From assembly GCA_017415765.1 (NCBI GenBank), contig JAFQED010000032.1:4709-68708 (forward strand): DNA of 64,000 bases, read 5' to 3'. The notes under the pieces were generated by a model that saw only the letters and a program-made list of their open reading frames with translations, did no database searches and was not told where the DNA came from. Shown here piece by piece: positions 1-8,578 of the stretch (the first letter of the stretch is position 1; the number at the start of each line of letters is the position of its first letter). Source of the stretch: Desulfovibrio sp. Its GTDB lineage: Bacteria; Desulfobacterota; Desulfovibrionia; Desulfovibrionales; Desulfovibrionaceae. Both the position numbers and the translations under genes were made by a program.

Positions 1-1
1 C

Positions 2-136
2 CTCCGGTATGCCAAGGGCCTGTTGTACCAGAAGCCAGCAAGCCTTTTCGCCCAAATCCCTGATGGTCAATACATGGCGCATGGTTACCTCCTGCCGCAG
101 TGCTGTAGGCAACACGGCTTATATGAATTATTGTAG
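2..136 (+). CDS. 3' end of an unidentified CDS entering from upstream of the window
   Basis: Frame 2 is open from position 2 to TAG at 134-136 (LRYAKGLLYQKPASLFAQIPDGQYMAHGYLLPQCCRQHGLYELL*). No family recognised. Supported only by open frame and codon look. Confidence 0.25.
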   Translation, partial: LRYAKGLLYQKPASLFAQIPDGQYMAHGYLLPQCCRQHGLYELL

Positions 137-217
137 CAACCAGGCACGGGGCTGTCCAGATACCAAGGCTTGGGTTTGTCAGGATTTTGGACTATGCTCC
201 GGCAGGGAGAATGCGCG

Positions 218-907
218 ATGCAAGGATGTATTTTTGACTTGGATGGCACTCTGCTGGACACACTTGCAGATATTGCCGGGGCGTGCAATGCCATTCTGGC
301 CGCCCACGGTCAGCCCGTGCATACCATTGCGGCGTATCGGCAAATGGTGGGTAGCGGCTTTCCTGTACTTATTCGCCGGGCCTGGCCGCCAGAAGTTCTG
401 GCGCGACTTTCGCCCGCAGAGCAGGAGGGCGTACTGGCCGAGACCCGTGCCTGGTATGCAGCCCACCTCCATGATCATACCAGGCCCTATCCTAACATGG
501 TGCAGACCCTGCACAGGCTGGCAGCCTGTGGCGTCAGGCTTGCGGTACTTTCCAACAAGCCGGAAGAACTGACACGCCCCCTTGTGGAGCATTTTTTCCC
601 CGATATCCCCTTTGTCGCTGTCCACGGTGGCTGTGCTGCGCGCCCCCTGAAGCCGGATCCGGCTGCGGCTGCGGGGGTGCTGGCCGCCCTGGGCCTGTCG
701 GCGGAAAACTGCTATTATGTGGGCGACAGTGATGTGGATATGTACACCGCCCATAATTGTGGTATGAATGCCGTAGGGGCAGCCTGGGGCTTTCGAGGGC
801 CGGAGGAATTGCGCGCTGCCAAAGCCCACCATATTGTAAACTGCCCTGAAGATCTGCTTGCACTGCCCTACGCTGTAGGCAGCCAGGGATACGAAACAAG
901 GATGTGA
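218..907 (+). CDS. HAD-superfamily hydrolase, phosphoglycolate-phosphatase-like
   Basis: N-terminus MQGCIFDLDGTLLDT (HAD motif I DxDGT), LAVLSNKP (motif II), VGDSDVDM (motif IV). GGGAGA SD 7 nt before ATG 218. Upstream part of the 170..907 ORF judged non-coding. Confidence 0.85.
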   Translation: MQGCIFDLDGTLLDTLADIAGACNAILAAHGQPVHTIAAYRQMVGSGFPVLIRRAWPPEVLARLSPAEQEGVLAETRAWYAAHLHDHTRPYPNMVQTLHRLAACGVRLAVLSNKPEELTRPLVEHFFPDIPFVAVHGGCAARPLKPDPAAAAGVLAALGLSAENCYYVGDSDVDMYTAHNCGMNAVGAAWGFRGPEELRAAKAHHIVNCPEDLLALPYAVGSQGYETRM

Positions 908-911
908 CGTT

Positions 912-1610
912 ATGAAAAGGCCTATCATTGAAATAGACGAAGAAAAATGCAACGGCTGTGGCCAATGTGTACTGGATTGCGCCGAGGGAGCATTGGCCAT
1001 CATTGACGGCAAGGCCCGTCTTATCAGCGATGTGTATTGTGACGGGCTTGGTGCCTGTCTGAACTGTCCGCAGGGGGCCTTGCGCCTTATCACCCGTGAG
1101 GCTGAGGATTTTGATGAAAAAGCTGCCCTGGCTGCCAAGGCTGCACGTGAGGCCGGCAGTACAGCTGCGGCCGGTGCGTGTGGCTGTCCGGGCATGGCAA
1201 TGCGCAGCCTTCAACCCCTTAGCACCCTGCACAGCGAAGATAACAGCGCATCGTTACGGGCTGCCCTGCCATCCTGGCCCATCCAGTTACGCCTCATCCC
1301 GCCTACGGCCTCCTTTCTGCAAAAGGGCAGACTACTGCTGGCCGCGCACTGCGCCGGTTTTGCCCTGCCCGACCTGCATCAGGACTGGCTGACAGGCCAT
1401 GTCCCGCTTATCGCCTGTCCCAAACTGGAGGACAATGCCCTGCTGCTTGAAAAGCTGACGGCCATCCTGCGTGATGGTCAGCCCGCCAGTCTTGAAGTCC
1501 TGCGGATGAGTGTCCCCTGTTGTGGAGGGCTGGAACGCCTGGCCCGACAGGCCCTTGAGGCTGTCGGACGCCCGGCTGCGGGGCCTTGCCATGTAGTGCG
1601 TCTAGACTAA
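912..1610 (+). CDS. 4Fe-4S dicluster domain protein with a Cys-rich C-terminal domain
   Basis: CNGCGQCVLDC and CDGLGACLNCP ferredoxin-type cluster motifs. Further Cys motifs GACGCPG, IACPKLED, VPCCGG. Stop lies 10 nt before the transposase remnant. Confidence 0.8.
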   Translation: MKRPIIEIDEEKCNGCGQCVLDCAEGALAIIDGKARLISDVYCDGLGACLNCPQGALRLITREAEDFDEKAALAAKAAREAGSTAAAGACGCPGMAMRSLQPLSTLHSEDNSASLRAALPSWPIQLRLIPPTASFLQKGRLLLAAHCAGFALPDLHQDWLTGHVPLIACPKLEDNALLLEKLTAILRDGQPASLEVLRMSVPCCGGLERLARQALEAVGRPAAGPCHVVRLD

Positions 1611-1620
1611 ACTTGAGTCT

Positions 1621-1899
1621 TTGGAAAAGGCTGATGGTCGAATCGAAACCCATCGGTACTGGCAAAGTGAAGAAATTTCCTGGTTTGAAGACAAAAAACA
1701 TTGGCCTGGCATGCGTAGCTTCTGCATGGTTGAAGCCATCCGTGAGTATGAAGGGTATCGAAAAGTCAGTCGCCGTTACTATCTGTGCAGTTTATCTTGC
1801 AGTGAGGAACAGATAGCTCACAGCATTCGCTCGCACTGGCAGGTTGAAAATTCCCTTCACTGGTGTCTTGATGTGGTTTTTAAATCTAAAATACAGTGA
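1621..1899 (+). pseudogene. Remnant of an ISAs1-family (H-repeat-associated) transposase, internal/C-terminal fragment only
   Basis: Translation GRIETHRYWQSEEISWFEDKKHWPGMRSFCMVEAIRE...IRSHWQVENSLHWCLDVVF matches the conserved C-terminal block of ISAs1 transposases (GRIETR...W.GL.S......R......RYY.SS......IR.HW.IEN.LHW.LD..F). The roughly 250 N-terminal residues and the last ~40 residues are missing. No inverted repeats seen. Confidence 0.75.
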
Positions 1900-1999
1900 G
1901 AGTGAACAGGCAGAGCGGAACGCAAAATTTACCATCTCAGGTATTCCTTTTATGCTGGATAAATCTCCTTGCTTTGCATGTCATACTCTCGATTATGAA

Positions 2000-3451
2000 T
2001 TATGGTATAATATTGTTCATAGCAAGATAGCTATACGTCTCATCAGAAATCATAATTCTTAATTTTTCATAATCTTTATTATCAATAAGACTTCTGACTT
2101 TGCTTGCACTGACATATTCGCCATTAATAGAAAATCTATTTATTTCAATAACATCGATGCCATGTAATGGAAGGATATTTTTCATAGATTCATTATATAG
2201 TTTTGTAAGATTACAGAATGGTTCACATCCTACAAAACGCTTTTTTATATTAAGCTCCTTTGCAATGATAGTTGAAAATGTCAGAAGATCAGTGCTAGTA
2301 TCAATAAATACATCCTGCATATTTTCTTTTTCAAAATATTCTGGCAGAGTTGTTGATGATATAATCAATTTACCAGCAGGTAAAATCTTTATATTTTTTA
2401 CTCCCGTTAAATTGGCGTGTATGATTTTTATCCTGTCATCAAATAAAAACCTGGATTTTTCTTCATCTAGGACAAAAATGTATAGAAAATCACATCTCTT
2501 TAGGGCTTCATCAATCAAATATTTATGTCCTCTTGTAAACGGATTGGCATTGATTACGACACAACCATAACATTTGGAATTTTGAGAAACTTTTGATTTT
2601 ATATTGCGTAAAAAATTTATATATGGCTGTATTGATTTTGAGTATTTTATCTCTTTATTATTGCTATTTATCATATTAATAATATCAAACAACTTTAATG
2701 ATATTAATGTATATCCATTGTGATTCATATGAAATTGATCAAATAGTATTTCTCCATATTTATGTGGTCTCTGAAATATACATGACAAATCTTGATATAT
2801 GTAAAAATTTTGATTAAGAAAATTTTTTAGCTTATCGGTAAAAACTTCGCATCGTGCTATTGTTAATAAAATTACAATATCATCGTTACTAAATTCATAC
2901 ATTGGTGAAATCATCTGTCGTACTGACTCTTCAAGCCCTAGCCAATTAGCATGATTGATAACTTTTATTCCTTCTGGATATGTTTTGTTTAACATGCGCT
3001 GAAGCTGACTGGCAACTGTAAGCCTGTCCTCAGCAAAAACACCTACAGCGTTACAATTGCCAAATATATGAACTTTAGATTTGTATACATCTGGATTGTC
3101 AGTTGTTACTCTCTCTCCATTAATAACATTGTAATATTTTGAAGCACAATCATTTAAATTTCCAATTCCATTTTTCACAATAGACTTCATACCAGATAGT
3201 CTAAAATTAAATATCTCAATAATATCGTTAATATTATTATACTCACGATAATATTTAAGTAGATATTTTTTATTGTCTGGATTTAATAAAAATTGCCATC
3301 GCCTATTTTCATCTTTTATTTCTTTTTCTAATTTAGATGGTTTTTTTATCTGATTTATATGGTTACCTAAATTAATAATAACAAGCTTGCTACCTGAATA
3401 GTATATTTTATGCAGCAGAGATAAAATCATACACATTACCTTGCTCATCAC
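2000..3451 (-). CDS. Two-domain protein: unrecognised N-terminal domain (~290 aa) fused to a citrate-lyase-ligase (CitC)-like adenylyl/cytidylyltransferase domain
   Basis: Intact 483-codon ORF in strongly AT-rich DNA. C-terminal half has nucleotidyltransferase signatures: VVINANPFTRGHKYLI (T/HxGH motif) and YVSASKVRSLI (ISxxxxR-type motif), collinear with the CitC C-terminal domain. The N-terminal half lacks the GNAT domain of true CitC. Confidence 0.7.
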   Translation of the reverse strand: MMSKVMCMILSLLHKIYYSGSKLVIINLGNHINQIKKPSKLEKEIKDENRRWQFLLNPDNKKYLLKYYREYNNINDIIEIFNFRLSGMKSIVKNGIGNLNDCASKYYNVINGERVTTDNPDVYKSKVHIFGNCNAVGVFAEDRLTVASQLQRMLNKTYPEGIKVINHANWLGLEESVRQMISPMYEFSNDDIVILLTIARCEVFTDKLKNFLNQNFYIYQDLSCIFQRPHKYGEILFDQFHMNHNGYTLISLKLFDIINMINSNNKEIKYSKSIQPYINFLRNIKSKVSQNSKCYGCVVINANPFTRGHKYLIDEALKRCDFLYIFVLDEEKSRFLFDDRIKIIHANLTGVKNIKILPAGKLIISSTTLPEYFEKENMQDVFIDTSTDLLTFSTIIAKELNIKKRFVGCEPFCNLTKLYNESMKNILPLHGIDVIEINRFSINGEYVSASKVRSLIDNKDYEKLRIMISDETYSYLAMNNIIP

Positions 3452-3728
3452 TCTACATCATCTGAATGTCAAAACCTTCATTAGATGCCATTGATGTCCG
3501 GCTAAGAGGGAATAAAAAATCCAAAATCTCAGCAAGTGGTGGTATAGCTAGCTTAACAAAACACTTACCACACAAGAATATTTTTGACGTGTGCCACCAT
3601 ACTACACTCTTTTTCCAGATGCTACCCCTTATTCCCAGACATGCTTTTCAAAAACACGAACATCGGCACAAAACAGGTCGTTCGCCAGAAAATTCGGCAT
3701 CAAGGGAAATCAAAGAGAACTTGCGGAT

Positions 3729-3764
3729 TAGAGCGAAATGCCATTTTCAATGGCATTTCGCTCT
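3729..3764. repeat. Solo palindromic hairpin module of the intergenic repeat family (inverted orientation)
   Basis: TAGAGCGAAATGCCATTTTCAATGGCATTTCGCTCT is a near-perfect palindrome. Same unit as at 13829-13863, 14009-14043 and 56989-57022. Lies 24 nt downstream of the stop of the minus-strand M16 peptidase gene. Confidence 0.8.
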
Positions 3765-3787
3765 GGTCAGATACGCTAAGAACCGTA

Positions 3788-6433
3788 TTATGGCTCAAGG
3801 CTTAGTTCATATGCGCCTGCCTCTACCAGATATTTGCGAGCCACATCCTGTACCTGGGCAGGGGTGAGCTGGCGGGCTTTTTCCAGCAGGATTTTTTGGA
3901 AGCCCTGCGGCAAATCAAGTACGGCATCGCTGGCAGATTCGGACGCACGGCTGCCAAGGCTTTGTCGGTCTCGTAAATACTCGCCTAAAAGGCGATTTGC
4001 CCCAGCCTGCAAGGTCGCTTCCGGTAAGGGGGCGGTCTTCAGTTGGGCAATGACCTTGGCAAAGCCGTCTCTGGCCTGCGCCAGCTTGTCGGGCGTAGTG
4101 CCGATATAAAAGGCCAGATAACCTGCTTCGGGCATCAGTCGATTAAAGGCGGTCACGCTGTAACCAAGGCCTTGCTCGTCCCGCAGACTGGAGAACAAGA
4201 GACCACTTTGACCGGAAAGGACGGATCCCAGCAGCATCAGGGCCGGGGCATCCTCATGGGTCAGGGGCACGGTTTTGAACACCTGCAACAAATGGGCCTG
4301 GGAACGGCCGGGCAGCCGAAGATCCAGGTTTTGCTGTGAACCCCAGTGGGGGGGCGCAACAGTCAGGGCTGGCCCTTCAGGCCGGGGCAAACTCTGGGCA
4401 AAGGCCAGTACAGCTTCTCGCTCAAAGCTGCCGGCCACGGCCAATACCCACGGCTGTGCCAACTGTTTGTGCCAGAAAGCCCGGACATCACGCTGTTGCA
4501 AAGCGACCAGGCTTTCAGGTGTACCCAGGCTGTCCAATCCATAGGGCTGCCCATCGGGGTACAGAAAGGGCATCAGCCGCGCAAAGGCATAGGCCAGAGG
4601 GCGATCTGCCCGCTGCCTGATCGCAGCCTGCATCAGGTTTACTTCGCGTTCCAATTCGCTTGCAGCAAAGGTTGGCTCGCGCAGCATTTGTCCAAGGGCC
4701 TTGAAATAATCCTCATTAAAGCGTGATGGCCCGGTGAGCGAAATACTGAAACTTTGCAGACCAGCCCTGGCACTGGCCGAGGCAGCACGCTCTGCAAAAA
4801 AACGCTCCACATCCTGCTGACTGAGCGAGCCATAGCCCGCTGTGAGCAAGCGCGCTGTCAGACTGGCGAGGCCTTGCTGCTGTGGTTGCAGCAGGGCATT
4901 GCCCCCGGGCATGACAAAATCCAGAGAAACATAGGGGGCCGTGGCATCCGGGATAAGGATGAGCTTGCGTCCATCCCCCATATCCAGCACTTCCTGGGGG
5001 CCTTGCGCCACTGCTTTTTTATCCTCAACAGGGCTTTGACTGGCTGGCCAGTTGGTATCAAAAATTTTGCCAAAGTTCGGCAGGGTTGCCTCTTGCGGGG
5101 CCAGCACGCGGATGCGCGCCAGTTCGGGCCGCACCCATTGCCCCAGTACCGTCCTGATCTGTTCCAGACTGGCGTCATTCAGGGCCAGCCGCAAATTGCG
5201 TTCGCCCTGTTCTCCGCCCAGGTCAAACTGGACAGTGCCTTGCCAGCTTGCAAGGCCGTTCAGGGTCTCACCCACCCTGTCCATGCTGTCCTCAATATTC
5301 AACTTGGCACGCGCCAGTGCCGCCGGGCCAAAGTCCAGCTTGTCCAGATTGCCCAGATCGTGGGAAAGTTCCTGCCAGAACGGCTCTATCTTTTCGGGTT
5401 CAAGTTCGGCGGTAAGCAGCATCAGACCCGCCCGTGCCAGACTCATGTTGCCCACGCTGATAGATGTTGCCAACTGTTTTTCGTACACATACTTCTTGTT
5501 CAGCCAGGCTGTACCGTCCCCTGCCAGAAGGTAACTGGCAAGGTCGAGATCCAGCGAGCGTAAATCTGTCAAAGAAGGGGCAGGGAAGGCCACGCCAAGG
5601 TAGATTTTTTTCCACGGGCCTCGCTGCACCATTACCTTGGGGCCAGCCGCCGCAGAGCGTACATCCAGCGGTTCCGGTACTGGTTGTTCGCCATGATTGC
5701 TCAGACCGCCAAACAATTCCTGGGCATGGGCCAGCACATCTGCGGGTACAATGTCCCCGGCTACCAGCAGGAGCATATTCCGGGGTTGATACCAACGCTT
5801 GATGTACCCCCGCAGATCCTGCACGGTAAGGGAGCGGATGGTCTCTTCATAGCCAATGATGGGATGCCCATAGGGGGAACGGGCCAGTGTTGCGGTTTGC
5901 AATTCCTCAAACAGGCGGCTGGTGGGGGAATCCTTGCCGCGTTGCAGCTCCGAAACGATAACGTCTTTTTCTGCTTCCAGTTCAGCAGGGTCAAGGCTGG
6001 GAGCAACGGCCATATCCCTGACCACATCCATGCCCATACGCCAGTGGGCTGCAGGCATGTCGGTCAGATACCACGTCTTGTCAAAGCTGGTGGCTGCATT
6101 GAGATAACCGCCAAGGCTTTCCACATCGCGGGCTATCTGTCCCTTGGGACGTTTTTCCGTCCCCTTGAAGACCATATGCTCCAGCACATGACTGATGCCA
6201 GCCTGTGACGGCAACTCATTGGCAGAACCCGCCCGCACATAGAGGCGAGTGCAGACCAGTGGAAAACGCGTATCTCTGATAACATAGACCGTCAGGCCGT
6301 TGGCCAGGCGTACAAGCTGGCTTTCGCCAGTCTTGCCCGCCACGGGGGCAAGGGCATCACCGGCCTGGATGGCTTGCACCCATTGCGTCAGGGCCAGCAA
6401 TGTCACAAGGGTAAAAAGAAGAAACTTTCGCAT
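3788..6433 (-). CDS. Secreted double-length M16 (pitrilysin/insulinase) family zinc peptidase
   Basis: HVLEHMVFKGTEKRP (HxxEH zinc motif). Second M16-like half downstream. Start chosen at MRKFLLFTLVTLLALTQWVQA (signal peptide) with GGAG SD. The longer ORF 5' extension was rejected. Confidence 0.9.
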   Translation of the reverse strand: MRKFLLFTLVTLLALTQWVQAIQAGDALAPVAGKTGESQLVRLANGLTVYVIRDTRFPLVCTRLYVRAGSANELPSQAGISHVLEHMVFKGTEKRPKGQIARDVESLGGYLNAATSFDKTWYLTDMPAAHWRMGMDVVRDMAVAPSLDPAELEAEKDVIVSELQRGKDSPTSRLFEELQTATLARSPYGHPIIGYEETIRSLTVQDLRGYIKRWYQPRNMLLLVAGDIVPADVLAHAQELFGGLSNHGEQPVPEPLDVRSAAAGPKVMVQRGPWKKIYLGVAFPAPSLTDLRSLDLDLASYLLAGDGTAWLNKKYVYEKQLATSISVGNMSLARAGLMLLTAELEPEKIEPFWQELSHDLGNLDKLDFGPAALARAKLNIEDSMDRVGETLNGLASWQGTVQFDLGGEQGERNLRLALNDASLEQIRTVLGQWVRPELARIRVLAPQEATLPNFGKIFDTNWPASQSPVEDKKAVAQGPQEVLDMGDGRKLILIPDATAPYVSLDFVMPGGNALLQPQQQGLASLTARLLTAGYGSLSQQDVERFFAERAASASARAGLQSFSISLTGPSRFNEDYFKALGQMLREPTFAASELEREVNLMQAAIRQRADRPLAYAFARLMPFLYPDGQPYGLDSLGTPESLVALQQRDVRAFWHKQLAQPWVLAVAGSFEREAVLAFAQSLPRPEGPALTVAPPHWGSQQNLDLRLPGRSQAHLLQVFKTVPLTHEDAPALMLLGSVLSGQSGLLFSSLRDEQGLGYSVTAFNRLMPEAGYLAFYIGTTPDKLAQARDGFAKVIAQLKTAPLPEATLQAGANRLLGEYLRDRQSLGSRASESASDAVLDLPQGFQKILLEKARQLTPAQVQDVARKYLVEAGAYELSLEP

Positions 6434-6446
6434 GGCATCTCCTGCA

Positions 6447-6476
6447 TAAAAAACCGGGCGGAATACACCCGCCCGG
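6447..6476 (-). terminator. Intrinsic terminator between the DHH gene and the M16 peptidase gene
   Basis: Minus strand reads CCGGGCGG-gtgtattc-CCGCCCGG followed by TTTTTTAT. The U-tract ends about 13 nt before the peptidase ATG (6433). Confidence 0.7.
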
Positions 6477-6572
6477 AAACATAAGCATCCCTTCTGTACC
6501 CAGCAAGGGGACGCCTTTTTGCAAGGCATATCCCTGTAGGGCAGAGGGTGAGACAATGGCAAACGTTCTGCC

Positions 6573-7502
6573 CTACCTGTCCAGCGCAGTTACCAGGGCA
6601 GCACGCACGCTGTCAGCCTGCTCGTTAGGTACCTGGCAGGTGCCAGCAGCCATATGGCCTCCGCCGCCATAGCCCAGCATGACTTCACCCACATTGACCG
6701 GGCTGGTACGGTCAAGAATGGACTTGCCCACAGCAAAAACCGTATTCTGTTTTTTCAGTCCCCAAAGGATGTGCATACTGATGCTGCATTGCGGGAAGAG
6801 GGCATAGATCATAAAGCGGTTGGTACACCAGATGGGGTCTTCTTCCCGCAGGTCAAGCACTACCAGCTTGCCGTGGGTGACAGCGCAACGCCGTATTTGT
6901 TCTACGGCCTTATCGTGATGCTCGCGATACAGTTCCAGCCGTTCCCGCACATCAGGCAGATCCAGAATTTCATCAATACCCTTGCTGCGGCAGTGTTCGA
7001 TAAGTTCCATCATCAGGGCATAGTTGCTGATGCCAAACTCCCGAAATCGTCCCAGCCCCGTGCGCGGATCCATAATATAGTTGAGAAGGGTCCAGCCCGT
7101 GGGATCAAGAATGTCCTCCTGGCTGTAGTCGGCCGAGTCGGCTTTGTCCACCGCCAGCATCATTTCTTCAGATATGTCCGGGAAGCGTTCCTTGCCGCCG
7201 TAGTGCCTGTACACCACCCGTGCGGCAGAAGGGGCAGTCGGGTCAATGATGTAATTGGACGGGCGCTGGCCGCTGTGGCGCAGGGTTTCGGAAAGGTGAT
7301 GGTCAAAAACCAGATGGGCCTCTGGCCGGTAGGGCAGGTTTGTGGTGATGTCGGTCGGGCCGATCTCTACCTTGCCGTCCTGCATGTCTTTGGGATGCAC
7401 AAAGGTGATGCCATCCAGCATACCCAGCTCGCGCAGCAAAACAGCACAGACCAGCCCGTCAAAATCGCTGCGGGTCACCAGACGGAATTTTTGTTCACTC
7501 AT
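6573..7502 (-). CDS. DHH-family phosphoesterase (NrnB/COG2404-like)
   Basis: MSEQKFRLVTRSDFDGLVCAVLL (DxDG motif), VFDHHLSE (DHH motif), GGGGHMAAGTCQV (DHHA1-type GGGH). GGAGGA SD before ATG 7502. Confidence 0.8.
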   Translation of the reverse strand: MSEQKFRLVTRSDFDGLVCAVLLRELGMLDGITFVHPKDMQDGKVEIGPTDITTNLPYRPEAHLVFDHHLSETLRHSGQRPSNYIIDPTAPSAARVVYRHYGGKERFPDISEEMMLAVDKADSADYSQEDILDPTGWTLLNYIMDPRTGLGRFREFGISNYALMMELIEHCRSKGIDEILDLPDVRERLELYREHHDKAVEQIRRCAVTHGKLVVLDLREEDPIWCTNRFMIYALFPQCSISMHILWGLKKQNTVFAVGKSILDRTSPVNVGEVMLGYGGGGHMAAGTCQVPNEQADSVRAALVTALDR

Positions 7503-7630
7503 GCCGTTTCCTCCTGCAATGGAATTTGCATCTGTCAGAGTATTTTTCAATTAAAAATTATGTGTTGCAGTTCTCCCAACGCGTGGTGAACGGTCGGCAG
7601 ACTGAAAGCCTATTTCACCTGCAATGCGCT

Positions 7631-8578
7631 TTATAAAAGGTGACAACGTGCCCGCCAGCCGGGTGCCAGTTCTTTCCAGCCGGGGGGCTGTCTGCGACAA
7701 ATCTCACGAGCCTCAGGGCAACGTGGATGAAAACGGCAGCCCGGAGGTGGTGCAAGGGGGCTTGGCAGTTCTCCGCTCAGTGGACTTGTCAGAGCACCCT
7801 CGCCGCCAAGGGCTGGCATGGCAGCCATCAGGGCGCGGCTATAGGGGTGGGCCGGTTTGTTCCAAAAGACATCCCGTGGCCCTTCTTCCACCAGTTGCCC
7901 CAGATACATGACAACGATGCGCGGACAAAGAAAACCCACCACAGCCAAATCATGCGAGATAAAAAGATAGGCAGGGCTGAAACGCTCCTGCACATCACGC
8001 AGTAAATTGAGGGTCTGGGCCTGTACTGAGGCATCCAGTGCCGAGACAGGTTCATCGCACACCACCACTTCCGGTCGGGTAACAAGGGCACGTGCCACCG
8101 CAATACGTTGCCGCTGGCCGCCAGAAAATTCGTGCGGATAGCGGTGTTCCATACCGGCCAGCCCTACAGCTCCCAGCATTTCGGCTGCTGCCGTACGGCA
8201 GTCTTGTAATGGTAATCCCCGTGCCAGCAGCGGCTCTGCCACAGAATCCCCCACCTGCATCCGGGGATTCAGAGATGAAAAAGGATCCTGAAAAATCATC
8301 TGGATGCGTCCGGCTGCCCAGCTTCCCGGCCCGGCTGGCGGCAGGTCGCGCCCCTCCAGCAAAACCTGTCCGGCTGTAGGGCTGAGCAAGCCTGTGGCCA
8401 GTCGTCCCAATGTGGATTTGCCGCAGCCGGATTCACCAACCAGCCCAAGGCTTTCGCCGCGCTCCAGGCAGAGATCCACCCCGTCCACGGCCAGCAGTTC
8501 TCCGGCAGGGGCCAAAAAACCGCGTCGTACGGCAAAACTGCGGCACAGCCCACGTAGTTCCAGCAAGGGGGTGCTCAC
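7631..8578 (-). CDS. ABC transporter ATP-binding protein, oligopeptide/dipeptide/nickel (OppF/DppF/NikE) type, with no permease or binding-protein gene nearby
   Basis: Walker A GESGCGKST, signature FSGGQRQR, Walker B VVVCDEPVSALD. C-terminal oligopeptide-type extension HPYSRALMAAMP...CRFHPRCP. GTG start overlaps the cobT stop (GTGA). Confidence 0.9.
   Translation of the reverse strand: MSTPLLELRGLCRSFAVRRGFLAPAGELLAVDGVDLCLERGESLGLVGESGCGKSTLGRLATGLLSPTAGQVLLEGRDLPPAGPGSWAAGRIQMIFQDPFSSLNPRMQVGDSVAEPLLARGLPLQDCRTAAAEMLGAVGLAGMEHRYPHEFSGGQRQRIAVARALVTRPEVVVCDEPVSALDASVQAQTLNLLRDVQERFSPAYLFISHDLAVVGFLCPRIVVMYLGQLVEEGPRDVFWNKPAHPYSRALMAAMPALGGEGALTSPLSGELPSPLAPPPGCRFHPRCPEAREICRRQPPGWKELAPGWRARCHLL

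Noticed and set aside
179-1195. 338-aa minus-strand ORF, plus 534..1232 (-), covering the HAD and 4Fe-4S genes
   Set aside because: Antisense shadow ORFs in GC-rich DNA. Their composition is Ala/Arg/Pro/Gly-rich and low in complexity. The plus-strand genes carry clear HAD and ferredoxin motifs.
3466-3867. 133-aa plus-strand ORF spanning the right edge of the AT-rich block and the end of the M16 peptidase gene
   Set aside because: It crosses a compositional boundary and the palindromic repeat, overlaps the 3' end of a well-supported gene, and has no SD or motifs.
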